DNA of 64,000 bases from Candidatus Paracaedibacteraceae bacterium. GTDB lineage: Bacteria > Pseudomonadota > Alphaproteobacteria > Paracaedibacterales > CAIOTO01. Shown here one piece after another: positions 51,652 to 60,715 of the stretch. Numbering within the stretch: position 1 is the stretch's first letter; every line of letters begins with the position of its first letter. The stretch lies in NCBI GenBank assembly GCA_030694965.1, contig JAUYTZ010000018.1:81559-145558 (forward strand), written 5' to 3'. The notes beneath the pieces were generated by a model. The model was not told the origin of the DNA. It made no database searches and was given only the letters and a program-made list of their open reading frames with translations. The position numbers and the translations under genes were made by a program.

Positions 51652-52680
51652 TTAAATTTTTAATGATTCTAAAGGCCAACGTGGTTTAGGACTAATATCA
51701 AATTCAGAGGTTAATCCAGCTTCAAAGCGTTCAAGCCCAGCCCATGCGATCATAGCTGCATTATCTGTACATAGTTTAATAGGTGGCGCTACAAATATGC
51801 GCTTACGTTTGCAAGCCAACGTGTTTAATCGATTTCTGATATATTCATTTGCTGCAACGCCTCCAGCCACAACAAGGTATTGGTAGCGTTCATCAACAAG
51901 TGAAAGTGCATGGGATGCTCGATCAATAATATGATCTGCAACGACTTTTTGAAAACTGGCAGCCAAATCAGCTTTATCTTGACGATTGACAATGTCACCT
52001 TTTCCTAAAAGGGTGCGTACCGATGTTTTAAGTCCTGAAAATGAGAAATTACAATCTTTTCGCCCAATAAGCGGGCGCGGCAATACAAACCGTTCTGAAT
52101 TTCCTGTTTTAGCTAATTGTTCAATGGCTGGTCCGCCTGGATATCCAACATCCATCATTTTTGCAACTTTATCAAATGCTTCGCCTGCTGCATCATCTAA
52201 GGTGCGGCCTAAGACGCGATAGCTGCCTAAACTTTCTACAGCAACAAATTGGCAATGACCGCCGGATATTAATAGCAAAAGATAGGGGTAGGGGACATTA
52301 TTTGTTAAACGTACGGTTAATGCGTGTCCTTCAAGGTGATTGATGCCTAAAAAGGGAATGTTATGGGTCATAGCGATGGCTTTTGCTGCCATTAGGCCGA
52401 CAAGCACTCCACCAATTAAACCAGGCCCTGAAGTTACAGCAATTCCATCTATATCGTTTAGAGTGAGATTTGCTTGCAACAGTGCGCTTTCTATTGTCGG
52501 GCGTATGTAATGTAAGTGTGCCCGTGCGGCAATTTCTGGTACGACACCACCATATTCAATATGTTCACTGATTTGTGAAAAAACAATATTGCTTCGTATG
52601 CGCGATACCGCGTCATTTGCGTCACACACGACAGCAGCTGCTGTTTCATCGCAGCTTGTTTCAATACCAAGAATGTTCAT
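51652..52680 (-). CDS. tsaD: tRNA N6-adenosine threonylcarbamoyltransferase
   Basis: 342 aa. ILGIETSCDETAAAV, GINHLEGH, VAGGVAAN. Confidence 0.96.
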   Translation of the reverse strand: MNILGIETSCDETAAAVVCDANDAVSRIRSNIVFSQISEHIEYGGVVPEIAARAHLHYIRPTIESALLQANLTLNDIDGIAVTSGPGLIGGVLVGLMAAKAIAMTHNIPFLGINHLEGHALTVRLTNNVPYPYLLLLISGGHCQFVAVESLGSYRVLGRTLDDAAGEAFDKVAKMMDVGYPGGPAIEQLAKTGNSERFVLPRPLIGRKDCNFSFSGLKTSVRTLLGKGDIVNRQDKADLAASFQKVVADHIIDRASHALSLVDERYQYLVVAGGVAANEYIRNRLNTLACKRKRIFVAPPIKLCTDNAAMIAWAGLERFEAGLTSEFDISPKPRWPLESLKI

Positions 52681-52731
52681 AATTTCCTAAACTATGGTTT
52701 ATATTTAAAAAGTTCTTGCAAGAGGTCTCTT

Positions 52732-53157
52732 ATGCGCTTAAAAATAAATCTTACTGCCTTACTGGCTATTATATTAATCATTGTAGGAGCTTATCATTTT
52801 ATGCCTGAACATTTAGACTATACTCAAACTGACACCGCACTTCAATTTAAAGATACAAAGGTTGGCGATGGCGTTAGCCCTAAAAAAGGTCAAACTGTTA
52901 TTGTGCACTATACAGGTCGTTTAACGAATGGCCAAGTTTTTGATAGCTCACATAAGCGTAATCAACCATTTAAGTTTCAAATTGGAATTGGCCAAGTGAT
53001 TAAAGGCTGGGATGAAGGCGTTATGTCTATGAAAGTTGGCGGTACACGCACACTAGTAATTCCGCCTGAGTTAGGTTATGGTTCACGGGGCGCTGGCGGA
53101 TTAATCCCACCAAATGCAACATTAGAGTTTGACGTTGAATTATTGGGCGTAGAATAG
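52732..53157 (+). CDS. FKBP-type peptidyl-prolyl cis-trans isomerase (membrane-anchored or exported)
   Basis: 141 aa. N-terminal hydrophobic helix, then VHYTGRLTNGQVFDSS...GIGQVIKGWDEG...IPPNATLEFDVELL. Confidence 0.9.
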   Translation: MRLKINLTALLAIILIIVGAYHFMPEHLDYTQTDTALQFKDTKVGDGVSPKKGQTVIVHYTGRLTNGQVFDSSHKRNQPFKFQIGIGQVIKGWDEGVMSMKVGGTRTLVIPPELGYGSRGAGGLIPPNATLEFDVELLGVE

Positions 53158-53181
53158 TTTTTTTAACAAGCACTATGTTAA

Positions 53182-53213
53182 AAAAGCCATCTTTTAATAA
53201 GATGGCTTTTTTA
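53182..53213 (+). terminator. rho-independent terminator of the FKBP gene
   Basis: aagccatctt / aagatggctt 10-bp stem, 5-nt loop, T6 run. Confidence 0.8.
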
Positions 53214-53340
53214 TTATTTAAGATTTGGCGTTAGTTCTAAATAAATGTAAATGATATAAAAATTGAATTATGCATTTTAAAATTATACGATTTAATTTAA
53301 TGCTTGGTGAATAAAATGTGTTACATTGAAGAGCTGTAAT

Positions 53341-54126
53341 TTATTTGTGTACGAAGCGATAGCTCCAATATAAAATAGGTGTTCCCATTACATTGACAAC
53401 GATACGCACGATACACCCTGCTAGAACATAAGTTATTATAACAGTTCTAAGGCTTAAGGGGGTTGGGCTTAGCACAATCCAGGCAAGGATGCTAAAAAGC
53501 ATGTTATCTAAAAATCCTGAGATGAATAACGATACATTTTGACGCAGCCACAAGTAGCGATTGTTTGTTTTTTCGCGAATCCATTGGTATAGAGAAATAT
53601 CAATAAGCTGAGTAGCTACATAGGATAAAATGCTAGCTACAAAAAAACGTGCCGATGGCATGAAAATAAGCCATATGCTTTTAAAGATATTTTCTTGTTC
53701 TTTCACGAGTTCAGTGGTAATGCCACTAGTATACGCAACGCCAGGATGAGCTAAACATAGCACCATCCAGCAAGTAGTTAAAAGCTGTGCTGTAAATCCA
53801 ATAATCATCGCTTGGCGTGCAGCTTTTACGCCATAGTGTTCGGTTATAATATCGCTTACTAAGTATGTCGTCGCAAATAAAACAGTACCTAATGCAACAG
53901 ATTCAGGTGTTGAAAAATAGCTTCCTAAGCGCAGCACTTGTATGTTGGCAACAACAATTGCTAATGCATTGTATGCACACAAAGCACCATAACCAAAGCG
54001 ACAGGCGCCTAAGATAGAAATTGCACACACGATAAATGTTAATAAAGACGCAATCTCTGCAGGATATCCTTGCAGCCAATATATAAAAATACTAAGATTT
54101 TGGTCGATCATGAAAATACCATGCAA
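53341..54126 (-). CDS. queuosine-precursor transporter (YhhQ/DUF165 family)
   Basis: 261 aa polytopic membrane protein. TVLFATTYLVSDIITEHYG and the overall pattern are typical of YhhQ. The start may be the in-frame ATG at 54111. Confidence 0.75.
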   Translation of the reverse strand: MHGIFMIDQNLSIFIYWLQGYPAEIASLLTFIVCAISILGACRFGYGALCAYNALAIVVANIQVLRLGSYFSTPESVALGTVLFATTYLVSDIITEHYGVKAARQAMIIGFTAQLLTTCWMVLCLAHPGVAYTSGITTELVKEQENIFKSIWLIFMPSARFFVASILSYVATQLIDISLYQWIREKTNNRYLWLRQNVSLFISGFLDNMLFSILAWIVLSPTPLSLRTVIITYVLAGCIVRIVVNVMGTPILYWSYRFVHK

Positions 54127-54577
54127 ATTCGTTTATGATTTGGTTATACATATTTTTTTTAAATGTAACAATTAAAGATAATAGTTCATCGACGTTGACC
54201 CATTTATGCGCAGAAAATTCAGGGCTATCAACTTTTAGATTAGTAATATCTTTATCCGTATTAAGGCGCATAAGATACCATTTTTGGCATTGTCCTATAT
54301 ATAAGCCGTCCCATAATATTTTTTGCAACTCTTGAGGCCAATCAAAAGATATCCATTTATCTGATTCTGCAATAATAGTAACATCTGAGCTTGGAATGCC
54401 AGTTTCTTCTTCTAATTCACGCAATGCTGCTAAGCGTGGGTCTTCATGGGGCTCAATTCCGCCTTGCGGCATTTGCCAAGCATTAGGAGTATTGATACGT
54501 TCGCCTACCCATACTTGTTTTTTTGCATTAACAAGCATCATACCAACGCCAAGTCGATAATGTGCCTTAGATTCCAT
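54092..54577 (-). CDS. rppH: RNA pyrophosphohydrolase (Nudix; IalA/InvA-type)
   Basis: 161 aa. Nudix box GGIEPHEDPRLAALRELEEETGI and WQMPQGG. Confidence 0.9.
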   Translation of the reverse strand: MESKAHYRLGVGMMLVNAKKQVWVGERINTPNAWQMPQGGIEPHEDPRLAALRELEEETGIPSSDVTIIAESDKWISFDWPQELQKILWDGLYIGQCQKWYLMRLNTDKDITNLKVDSPEFSAHKWVNVDELLSLIVTFKKNMYNQIINEFAWYFHDRPKS

Positions 54578-54731
54578 TATTATTCCTTTTATCTCTTCTT
54601 ATTTATTTCTTTATATATTGCTTTGATCAAAAATGGCCTTTTTCATGTAATTGATCAAGGTAGTATTGATGTTTTTGTTTGTGATCATTGAGTGTAAATT
54701 TAAAGAATAAAAAAATGAATTTTCAATTTTA

Positions 54732-55916
54732 TTAATCATCTCTTACTTGAAAAAAAGATAGTCCGCGCAATAGATCATAGGCACGCTTTAGCTGTGTGTC
54801 GTGCGTAGAGTCAAACATTACATCTTTTTGGTCAGAATTAACAATAATGTCAGGTTCTATCCCTTTTTCATGAATTTTATGATGCTTAGGTGAGAAAAAA
54901 TAAGCAGTTGTTAATTTTAAAACACCATTATTTGATAGTGGGAATAAGGTTTGAACGGCACCTTTTCCAAAAGACTGTGATCCCATTAAAATGGCACGCT
55001 TGTGATCTTTTAGCGCGGCTGCAAAAATTTCGGAACCTGAAGCTGATCCTTTGTTAATTAAAACAACAATAGGAAGACCGCGTACGTGATCATGTCCTTT
55101 TGCATTATAGACTCTATAATCAGCAGTTGATCGTCCTTGAATTTCGACAATTGATCCTCCATCTAAAAAAAGCTGTGTTACAGAAATAGCTTGCTCAAGA
55201 ATGCCGCCAGGATTATTGCGTAAATCAACAATAAGGCCGTGTAACTTGCCTTCACTTAAGATTGAAGAAAGTGCTGTTTTGACTTCTTTTTCGCAATTTT
55301 CATTAAACAGGCTAATGCGTAAGTAAGCAATTTTTTCTTTGACGTACGATCTTACCGGATTCACAAGGATTTTAGATCGAAAGAGTATTATTTCTCGTTG
55401 CTTGCCGCTTTGCTCTAATATTGAGAGAGTGATTTTTGTCCCAGGCGCTCCACATAATTGACGTAGTGCGTCCGAAATTAAGATTTTTGTTACGTCTTGC
55501 CCGTTGATGTGTGTGATAAGATCCCCTGGTTGAATTGCAGAACGTTGCGCGGGCGTCCCATCAATTGCTGAAATAACTCTTAAGCCTGTTTTTGTGGGCA
55601 GGATTTCAAGACCAATACCCGCAAATTCACCCTTATTAACGTTTTTTAGTTCTGCGGAGTCTTTAGGATTTAGATATAGCGAATAAGGATCGAGTGCCAT
55701 TAATACGCCGCTCAAAGCCCCTTCGACTAAGCGTGATTCAGATACACTGTCTATGTAGTCTGAACGTACGCGTGTGAGTACTTCTGGCAAAAGAACTTCA
55801 AGTGTTTGTTTTGATGTTTCTTCCTCTCGAGCAGGCTCATCTTCATCCAGGCAGCCACTTAATGTTAGCAATAGGGTCAAGCAAGCGAAAAAACAGGCAA
55901 ACTGGTTAAATAGCAT
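54732..55916 (-). CDS. ctpA: carboxy-terminal processing protease (S41), lipoprotein
   Basis: 394 aa. Lipobox LTLSGC, PDZ region GIGLEI, catalytic region LINKGSASGSEIFAAALKDHKRAILMGSQSFGKG. Confidence 0.9.
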   Translation of the reverse strand: MLFNQFACFFACLTLLLTLSGCLDEDEPAREEETSKQTLEVLLPEVLTRVRSDYIDSVSESRLVEGALSGVLMALDPYSLYLNPKDSAELKNVNKGEFAGIGLEILPTKTGLRVISAIDGTPAQRSAIQPGDLITHINGQDVTKILISDALRQLCGAPGTKITLSILEQSGKQREIILFRSKILVNPVRSYVKEKIAYLRISLFNENCEKEVKTALSSILSEGKLHGLIVDLRNNPGGILEQAISVTQLFLDGGSIVEIQGRSTADYRVYNAKGHDHVRGLPIVVLINKGSASGSEIFAAALKDHKRAILMGSQSFGKGAVQTLFPLSNNGVLKLTTAYFFSPKHHKIHEKGIEPDIIVNSDQKDVMFDSTHDTQLKRAYDLLRGLSFFQVRDD

Positions 55917-55922
55917 GGAATA

Positions 55923-56528
55923 CTAAGCCTTTTTTTCAATAGGTTTTTCACTAACTTTTGTTGCATGTTTTTTTAATGTTGATTTATTTATAATACGTGT
56001 ATCTGATGGGCTAATTGCTTTTAATGCTTCTGCTATGCCTGAAACTGATTTTTCTTTTGTCGGAGCAGCCTTTTGTGCTTTATCGTTAAAGTTAAGCTTG
56101 CTTTTATCGTGTATGACTGTAGATGATGATTTTTCAGTCATTACTTTTCCCTCAACGATAAAATCTTTTTCTGCTAACACAACTTTTGCATCGGACATTA
56201 CGGTAACGTGCCAGTGGCCAGTGCGTGCTGTGACATAGCTTTGCGTTCTATAGCGAGGGCTGTTTTTTATAGGCGTGTTAAATTTTGTATATGGTTTTCC
56301 ATTAAGGGTCCAGATAAAACATACCTTGCCATTTTTTGAGGGATTTAATTCCAGTTGTGCCCAAATAAAGCCGTCATCTATGCTGAAGTGATTGCTTTGG
56401 TTTTTAAGTTCTCTTTTTTCTAGTTTTGTTCCAAGAGAAAGTTGTGAGGTCATTGCATAAGTAGACTGAGGGATCATCAAGGATATTACTGCAAGAGCTA
56501 GGCATAAGGAACGGTGCATCTGATTCAT
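55923..56528 (-). CDS. secreted hypothetical protein (possible DUF2914-like beta domain, unverified)
   Basis: 201 aa. Signal peptide MNQMHRSLCLALAVISLMIPQSTYA. Stops 6 nt before the ctpA start, so it is probably co-transcribed. Confidence 0.55.
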   Translation of the reverse strand: MNQMHRSLCLALAVISLMIPQSTYAMTSQLSLGTKLEKRELKNQSNHFSIDDGFIWAQLELNPSKNGKVCFIWTLNGKPYTKFNTPIKNSPRYRTQSYVTARTGHWHVTVMSDAKVVLAEKDFIVEGKVMTEKSSSTVIHDKSKLNFNDKAQKAAPTKEKSVSGIAEALKAISPSDTRIINKSTLKKHATKVSEKPIEKKA

Positions 56529-57088
56529 AAAAAACCCTCAGTAATATAATGTGTACTTTATGTTAACTGTATCATCATTTGATTTCAAGCTTTGCACTGC
56601 TAAAAGTTTTTAAAAAATATAGATGCTGAGTTAGTAAAAAATTAATGTTTTTCATTTTACGAGCATTAAAATATTATTATTTGTTTGAAAAAATGTTGCG
56701 ATAAAAATTAAGCTGAAAATTTTTTTATACATCTAGAAAAACCATTGCTGAGTTAGAAAAGTTTACTGAACTAATAAAAGCAGCTAATATGGGAGGAACG
56801 CAAAGCAAAGTGGCTGATATAGAAAAGTTATAGAATTTCAAAGATAATCTAAGTTTAAACGATCTCATTACAAGCTAAAGTATTATAGTTGTATCCGTGA
56901 CTGTATTAAAATGCTTGATGATAATTGTGGTGATACTTTTTATGATATAAGTCATGCAAGAAAGAAAAAAAGATAAATATGTTACAAAGTAAAATATGCA
57001 TAAAAGATATAGTAAGTAAAAACATTTTGAAATTCCTTAATTTAAAGTGTAAAAATCAAAGATATATAGGATAGTCCTACCTTTTTTG

Positions 57089-57118
57089 TTGACCAAGTCC
57101 GGAGTGATTTGTTATCAT
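57089..57118 (+). promoter_or_regulatory. putative sigma70-type promoter of rpmB
   Basis: TTGACC (57089-57094), an 18-nt spacer, then TATCAT (57113-57118), about 30 nt upstream of the rpmB ATG. Confidence 0.35.
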
Positions 57119-57147
57119 ATACCAAATAATTTATAAGGGAAATTTTT

Positions 57148-57441
57148 ATGTCTCGTCTATGCCCAATTACTGGCAAAAAAGGCCTTTCAGGCAACCACGT
57201 AAGTCATGCTAACAATAAGTCAAAGCGTCGTTATCAGCCAAACTTGCAACAAGTTTCACTAATGAGTGAAGCGCTTGGTCGTTCAGTTCACATGCGTATG
57301 ACAACACGTGGCCTTAAGACTGTTGAATTTCATGGCGGGTTAGATGCGTTTTTGCTTCGTTCGTCAACACGCATTTTGAATTCAGAATTGCGTTCACTTA
57401 AAAAAATCATTACCGCACGCCAAACGGTTGCAACAGCGTAG
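57148..57441 (+). CDS. rpmB: 50S ribosomal protein L28
   Basis: 97 aa. MSRLCPITGKKGLSGNHVSHANNKSKRRYQPNLQ. Confidence 0.95.
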   Translation: MSRLCPITGKKGLSGNHVSHANNKSKRRYQPNLQQVSLMSEALGRSVHMRMTTRGLKTVEFHGGLDAFLLRSSTRILNSELRSLKKIITARQTVATA

Positions 57442-57468
57442 TAAATTAATTCGTTTTTTTTTGTTATC

Positions 57469-57526
57469 TTCGGGCTTCTTCTTTGTCGAATGTTTTTCTG
57501 ACAAAGAAAAAGCCCGAAAATTTTTG
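57469..57526 (+). terminator. rho-independent terminator of rpmB
   Basis: 19-bp stem (ttcgggcttcttctttgtc / gacaaagaaaaagcccgaa, one mismatch), 12-nt loop, followed by aaTTTTT. Confidence 0.8.
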
Positions 57527-57845
57527 CGTTTAGAAGCCATTGCTCATTCTTGCTATCTTTCTCCATACTAATGAAAGTGCTTTTAATTATCTAAAACTAT
57601 GTAAATAAACGCATTATTTTTTTTAAGGGTTGACATTTGGCGAAATAAAGCCCATGTATGTAGTGTGGGGTTAAGATAGCTTTTTTGCACGCACTTGCAT
57701 TTTTGAATGCAGGCCGTAAGAACTAATTACTAGTATCTTGTGGTTGTCATTGTGTTTGCCTTGATGTCCTATTGCTGACTCCGCTAGTTTAATTTAATTA
57801 ACTTAAACTATATTAACGCTAACACTATGAATAGGATTTCTACGA

Positions 57846-58052
57846 ATGGCAACCGGTACAGTAAAATGGTTTAATTCAACAAAAGGTTATGGCTTTATAA
57901 TGCCTGATGATAAAAGCAGCGACGTTTTTGTTCACATCAGTGCTCTTGAGCGCGCAGGCCTACAGTCACTCAATGATGGCCAAAAGCTTTCATATGAATT
58001 GGCTTCAAACAAAGGCAAAGTTTCAGCTGTTAACTTAAAGTTGGCTGACTAA
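57846..58052 (+). CDS. cspA: cold-shock protein (CspA family)
   Basis: 68 aa. [15 protein letters not shown] (RNP1) and VFVHIS (RNP2). Confidence 0.95.
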   Translation: MATGTVKWFNSTKGYGFIMPDDKSSDVFVHISALERAGLQSLNDGQKLSYELASNKGKVSAVNLKLAD

Positions 58053-58063
58053 TCTTTACTATA

Positions 58064-58104
58064 CTGCTTGAGTGCCATTAAAGGCCTCGAGCAGCTTTAT
58101 TTAG
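58064..58104 (+). terminator. possible terminator of cspA
   Basis: ctgcttgag (58064-58072) pairs with ctcgagcag (58086-58094) with one G-U pair. Only a weak T-tract (ctttattt) follows. Confidence 0.4.
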
Positions 58105-58460
58105 AAATAAAAAAAAGACGGCATTAATTTTTATTGTGCCAGTTTAAGAATTTTTGAAAGCTATACGCTCATAAATTTAGTCAATGCTTCTTGAAACAGT
58201 CAAGGACCCCGACTAAGCCCCAGGGGCAACGCAGTAATCAATATTTTGTGAAATTGGTAAATAACCACTCTAAGTTAAAACTGCGACTGTTTTAAGTGCT
58301 TTTTGATTGATATAAGAATTTGGTGTTAAGTCAAATTTTATACAGTGAATTTAAAGTCACATTTTTTGTAATTTAGACGGATATACTTAAAGCCTTCTTT
58401 CAATGAAGCCCACTATAATTTGGGCTTATATATTTAACATTGGAAAAGAGAAAAAAAACA

Positions 58461-60437
58461 ATGACAGACTTTAAATCATTTAATTTACCAGAGGCGCTTG
58501 TGTCTGCTCTGGAACGTTTAGATATTACAACCCCAACACCAATCCAGGCTGAAGCTATTCCGTTAGCGCTTGCTGGTGATGATGTTTTAGGTTCGGCCCA
58601 AACGGGAACAGGCAAAACACTTGCTTACTTAATTCCTATTTGCGTTAATTTACTTCAGTCTTCTGAAAAAAGAGCACTTGTAATGACGCCAACACGCGAG
58701 CTTGCAATTCAAGTACGTGATATGGCTATGAAAATTTTATCAAAAAAACCACAATTTGAAGCAGCTTTGTTGATTGGCGGAGATCCGATGGGCAAGCAGC
58801 TTGGTCAACTTCGTCATCACCCACAACTTATAATTGGTACACCAGGTCGTATTAATGATCACTTGAACCGTGGTTCACTTGATTTGCGCTCAACAGAACT
58901 TCTTGTTTTGGATGAAACAGACCGCATGCTTGATATGGGCTTTAGTGAACAGCTAGAAACAATTATTGAAGTGATGCCGACTGAACGCCAAACGTTGATG
59001 TTCTCAGCAACAATGCCAGATAATATCACGCGTATTGCAAAGCGTTATTTGAAAAATCCAAAGCGTATTACAATTGGTTCAACAACACAGCCAGTAACGC
59101 ACATTAAGCAGGACGTTATCTTTACCTCACATTCTGAAAAGTTTGCACATTTGCTGCGTGAGCTTAATGAACGTGAAGGTTCAGTTATCGTTTTCGTTAA
59201 AACAAAAATTAGTTGTGAAGATTTAAAAGAACGTTTATGTGATGAGCAACACTCAGCTGATGCAATTCATGGCGACTTGCAACAACGTAAACGTGAACGT
59301 GTTGTAAAAGCATTCCGTGCGAACAAAAGCCGTATTATGGTTGCAACTGATATTGCTGCACGTGGCTTGGATGTTCCACATATTCGTCACGTAATTAACT
59401 ATGACTTACCACAATGTCCAGAAGATTATATCCACCGTATTGGCCGTACAGGTCGTGCGGGCGCTGAAGGTTCTGCACTTTGCTTGTTGGCTCCAGATGA
59501 TCGTCATAAGTGGCGTGCAATTAGCCAATTGATGAATCCAGGCGAGCCTGTTGATTTTCCAAAAGGCATGAAGCCTGAAGGTCGTTCTGAAGGTGGCCGC
59601 GGACGCGGTGGCTTTGGTGGTCGTTCAGGTGGCGGCGGATTTGGTGGTCGTTCAAGTGGCGGTGGCTTCGGCGGTCGTCCACGCAGCGGTGGTTCTGAAG
59701 GCCGTGGCTTTGGTGGAGATCGTCCGCGTGGTGAAGGCCGCGGAGAAGGTCGCAGCTTTGGTAGTGGTGAAGGTCGCAGCTTTGGCGGTGATCGTAAACC
59801 ATCAGGTGAAGGTCGTGGCTTTGGTGGTGATCGTCCGCGCACTCCATCAGGTGAAGGTCGTAGCTTCGGCGGTGATCGTGATCGTAAACCAAGTGGTGAA
59901 GGTCGTAGCTTCGGCGGTGATCGTGATCGTAAACCAAGTGGTGAAGGTCGTAGCTTCGGCGGTGATCGTAAACCATCAGGTGAAGGCCGTGGCTTTGGTG
60001 GTGATCGTCCGCGTACTCCATCAGGTGAAGGCCGTAGTTTTGGCGGTGATCGCAGACCATCAGGTGAAGGCCGCAGTTTTGGTGGGGATCGTGATCGTAA
60101 ACCAAGTGGTGAAGGCCGTAGTTTCGGTGGTGATCGCAAACCAAGTGGTGAAGGTCGTAGTTTTGGTGGGGACCGTAAACCATCCGGTGAAGGCCGCAGT
60201 TTCGGCGGTGATCGTAAACCATCCGGTGAAGGCCGTAGTTTCGGTGGTGATCGTAAACCATCCGGTGAAGGTCGTGGTTTCAGTGGCGACCGTGATCGTA
60301 AACCAAGCGGTGAAGGCCGTAGTTTTGGCGGTGATCGCAAACCATCCGGTGAAGGTCGCAGTTTTGGCGGCGGGGCGTTTACGCCAAAGCCTAAGTCAGG
60401 TTTTGATGCGCGAAAAGCATTTTCACATTCTAACTAA
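58461..60437 (+). CDS. DEAD-box ATP-dependent RNA helicase (RhlE-like) with long RGG/FGG tandem-repeat C-terminal tail
   Basis: Q motif TPTPIQ, motif I AQTGTGKT, Ia PTRELA, II DETD (variant of DEAD), III SAT, V ATDIAARGLD, VI HRIGRTGRAG. ATG at 58461 is preferred to TTG at 58440. Confidence 0.93.
   Translation: MTDFKSFNLPEALVSALERLDITTPTPIQAEAIPLALAGDDVLGSAQTGTGKTLAYLIPICVNLLQSSEKRALVMTPTRELAIQVRDMAMKILSKKPQFEAALLIGGDPMGKQLGQLRHHPQLIIGTPGRINDHLNRGSLDLRSTELLVLDETDRMLDMGFSEQLETIIEVMPTERQTLMFSATMPDNITRIAKRYLKNPKRITIGSTTQPVTHIKQDVIFTSHSEKFAHLLRELNEREGSVIVFVKTKISCEDLKERLCDEQHSADAIHGDLQQRKRERVVKAFRANKSRIMVATDIAARGLDVPHIRHVINYDLPQCPEDYIHRIGRTGRAGAEGSALCLLAPDDRHKWRAISQLMNPGEPVDFPKGMKPEGRSEGGRGRGGFGGRSGGGGFGGRSSGGGFGGRPRSGGSEGRGFGGDRPRGEGRGEGRSFGSGEGRSFGGDRKPSGEGRGFGGDRPRTPSGEGRSFGGDRDRKPSGEGRSFGGDRDRKPSGEGRSFGGDRKPSGEGRGFGGDRPRTPSGEGRSFGGDRRPSGEGRSFGGDRDRKPSGEGRSFGGDRKPSGEGRSFGGDRKPSGEGRSFGGDRKPSGEGRSFGGDRKPSGEGRGFSGDRDRKPSGEGRSFGGDRKPSGEGRSFGGGAFTPKPKSGFDARKAFSHSN
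59578..60375. repeat. in-frame 39/45-bp tandem repeats (about 16 units) encoding GEGR(S/G)FGGDR(DR)(K/T)PS
   Basis: Protein-level periodicity is near perfect. DNA copies differ mostly at synonymous positions (ggtcgtagcttcggcggt vs ggccgcagttttggtggg), except for one exact 45-bp duplication around 59858-59947. Confidence 0.9.
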
Positions 60438-60467
60438 AAATTAATTTAGTTTAAAAATCACTTTTAA

Positions 60468-60502
60468 TAGCTATCTGAAAAACTCAGGTAGCTATTTTTT
60501 TT
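60468..60502 (+). terminator. rho-independent terminator of the helicase gene
   Basis: 11-bp stem tagctatctga / tcaggtagcta (one G-U pair), 5-nt loop, T8 run. Confidence 0.85.
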
Positions 60503-60715
60503 ATGTGTATGAGTGATGAGGACTAAGCAAGCAAAAGGAGCGGGTGTATCTCGATGCCTAATCGCTGCCTAAGAATCCAAAGCGAAAAGAGTTGGGGGCA
60601 AAACAAAAAATAAATTTTTTAGCTAACTTTATTAAAAATTTTAATTAATTGTTAACATAGTGAGGCGTAAATTCTTAATAAGACAAAGATATTGTAATAT
60701 TTTGGAGACCTTCTA

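Noticed and set aside
56789-56833. 14-codon mini-ORF beginning MGGTQSK, which looks like a eukaryotic N-myristoylation motif
   Set aside because: It is far too short and has no RBS. It is most likely a chance occurrence or a relic fragment.
59504-60444. Long ORFs of 246-283 aa on both strands and in alternate frames (59504..60340 -, 59521..60261 -, 59593..60444 +) within the helicase 3' region
   Set aside because: They are by-products of the GC-rich, stop-poor 39/45-bp repeat. Only the + frame is contiguous with a complete DEAD-box core and ends at a strong terminator.
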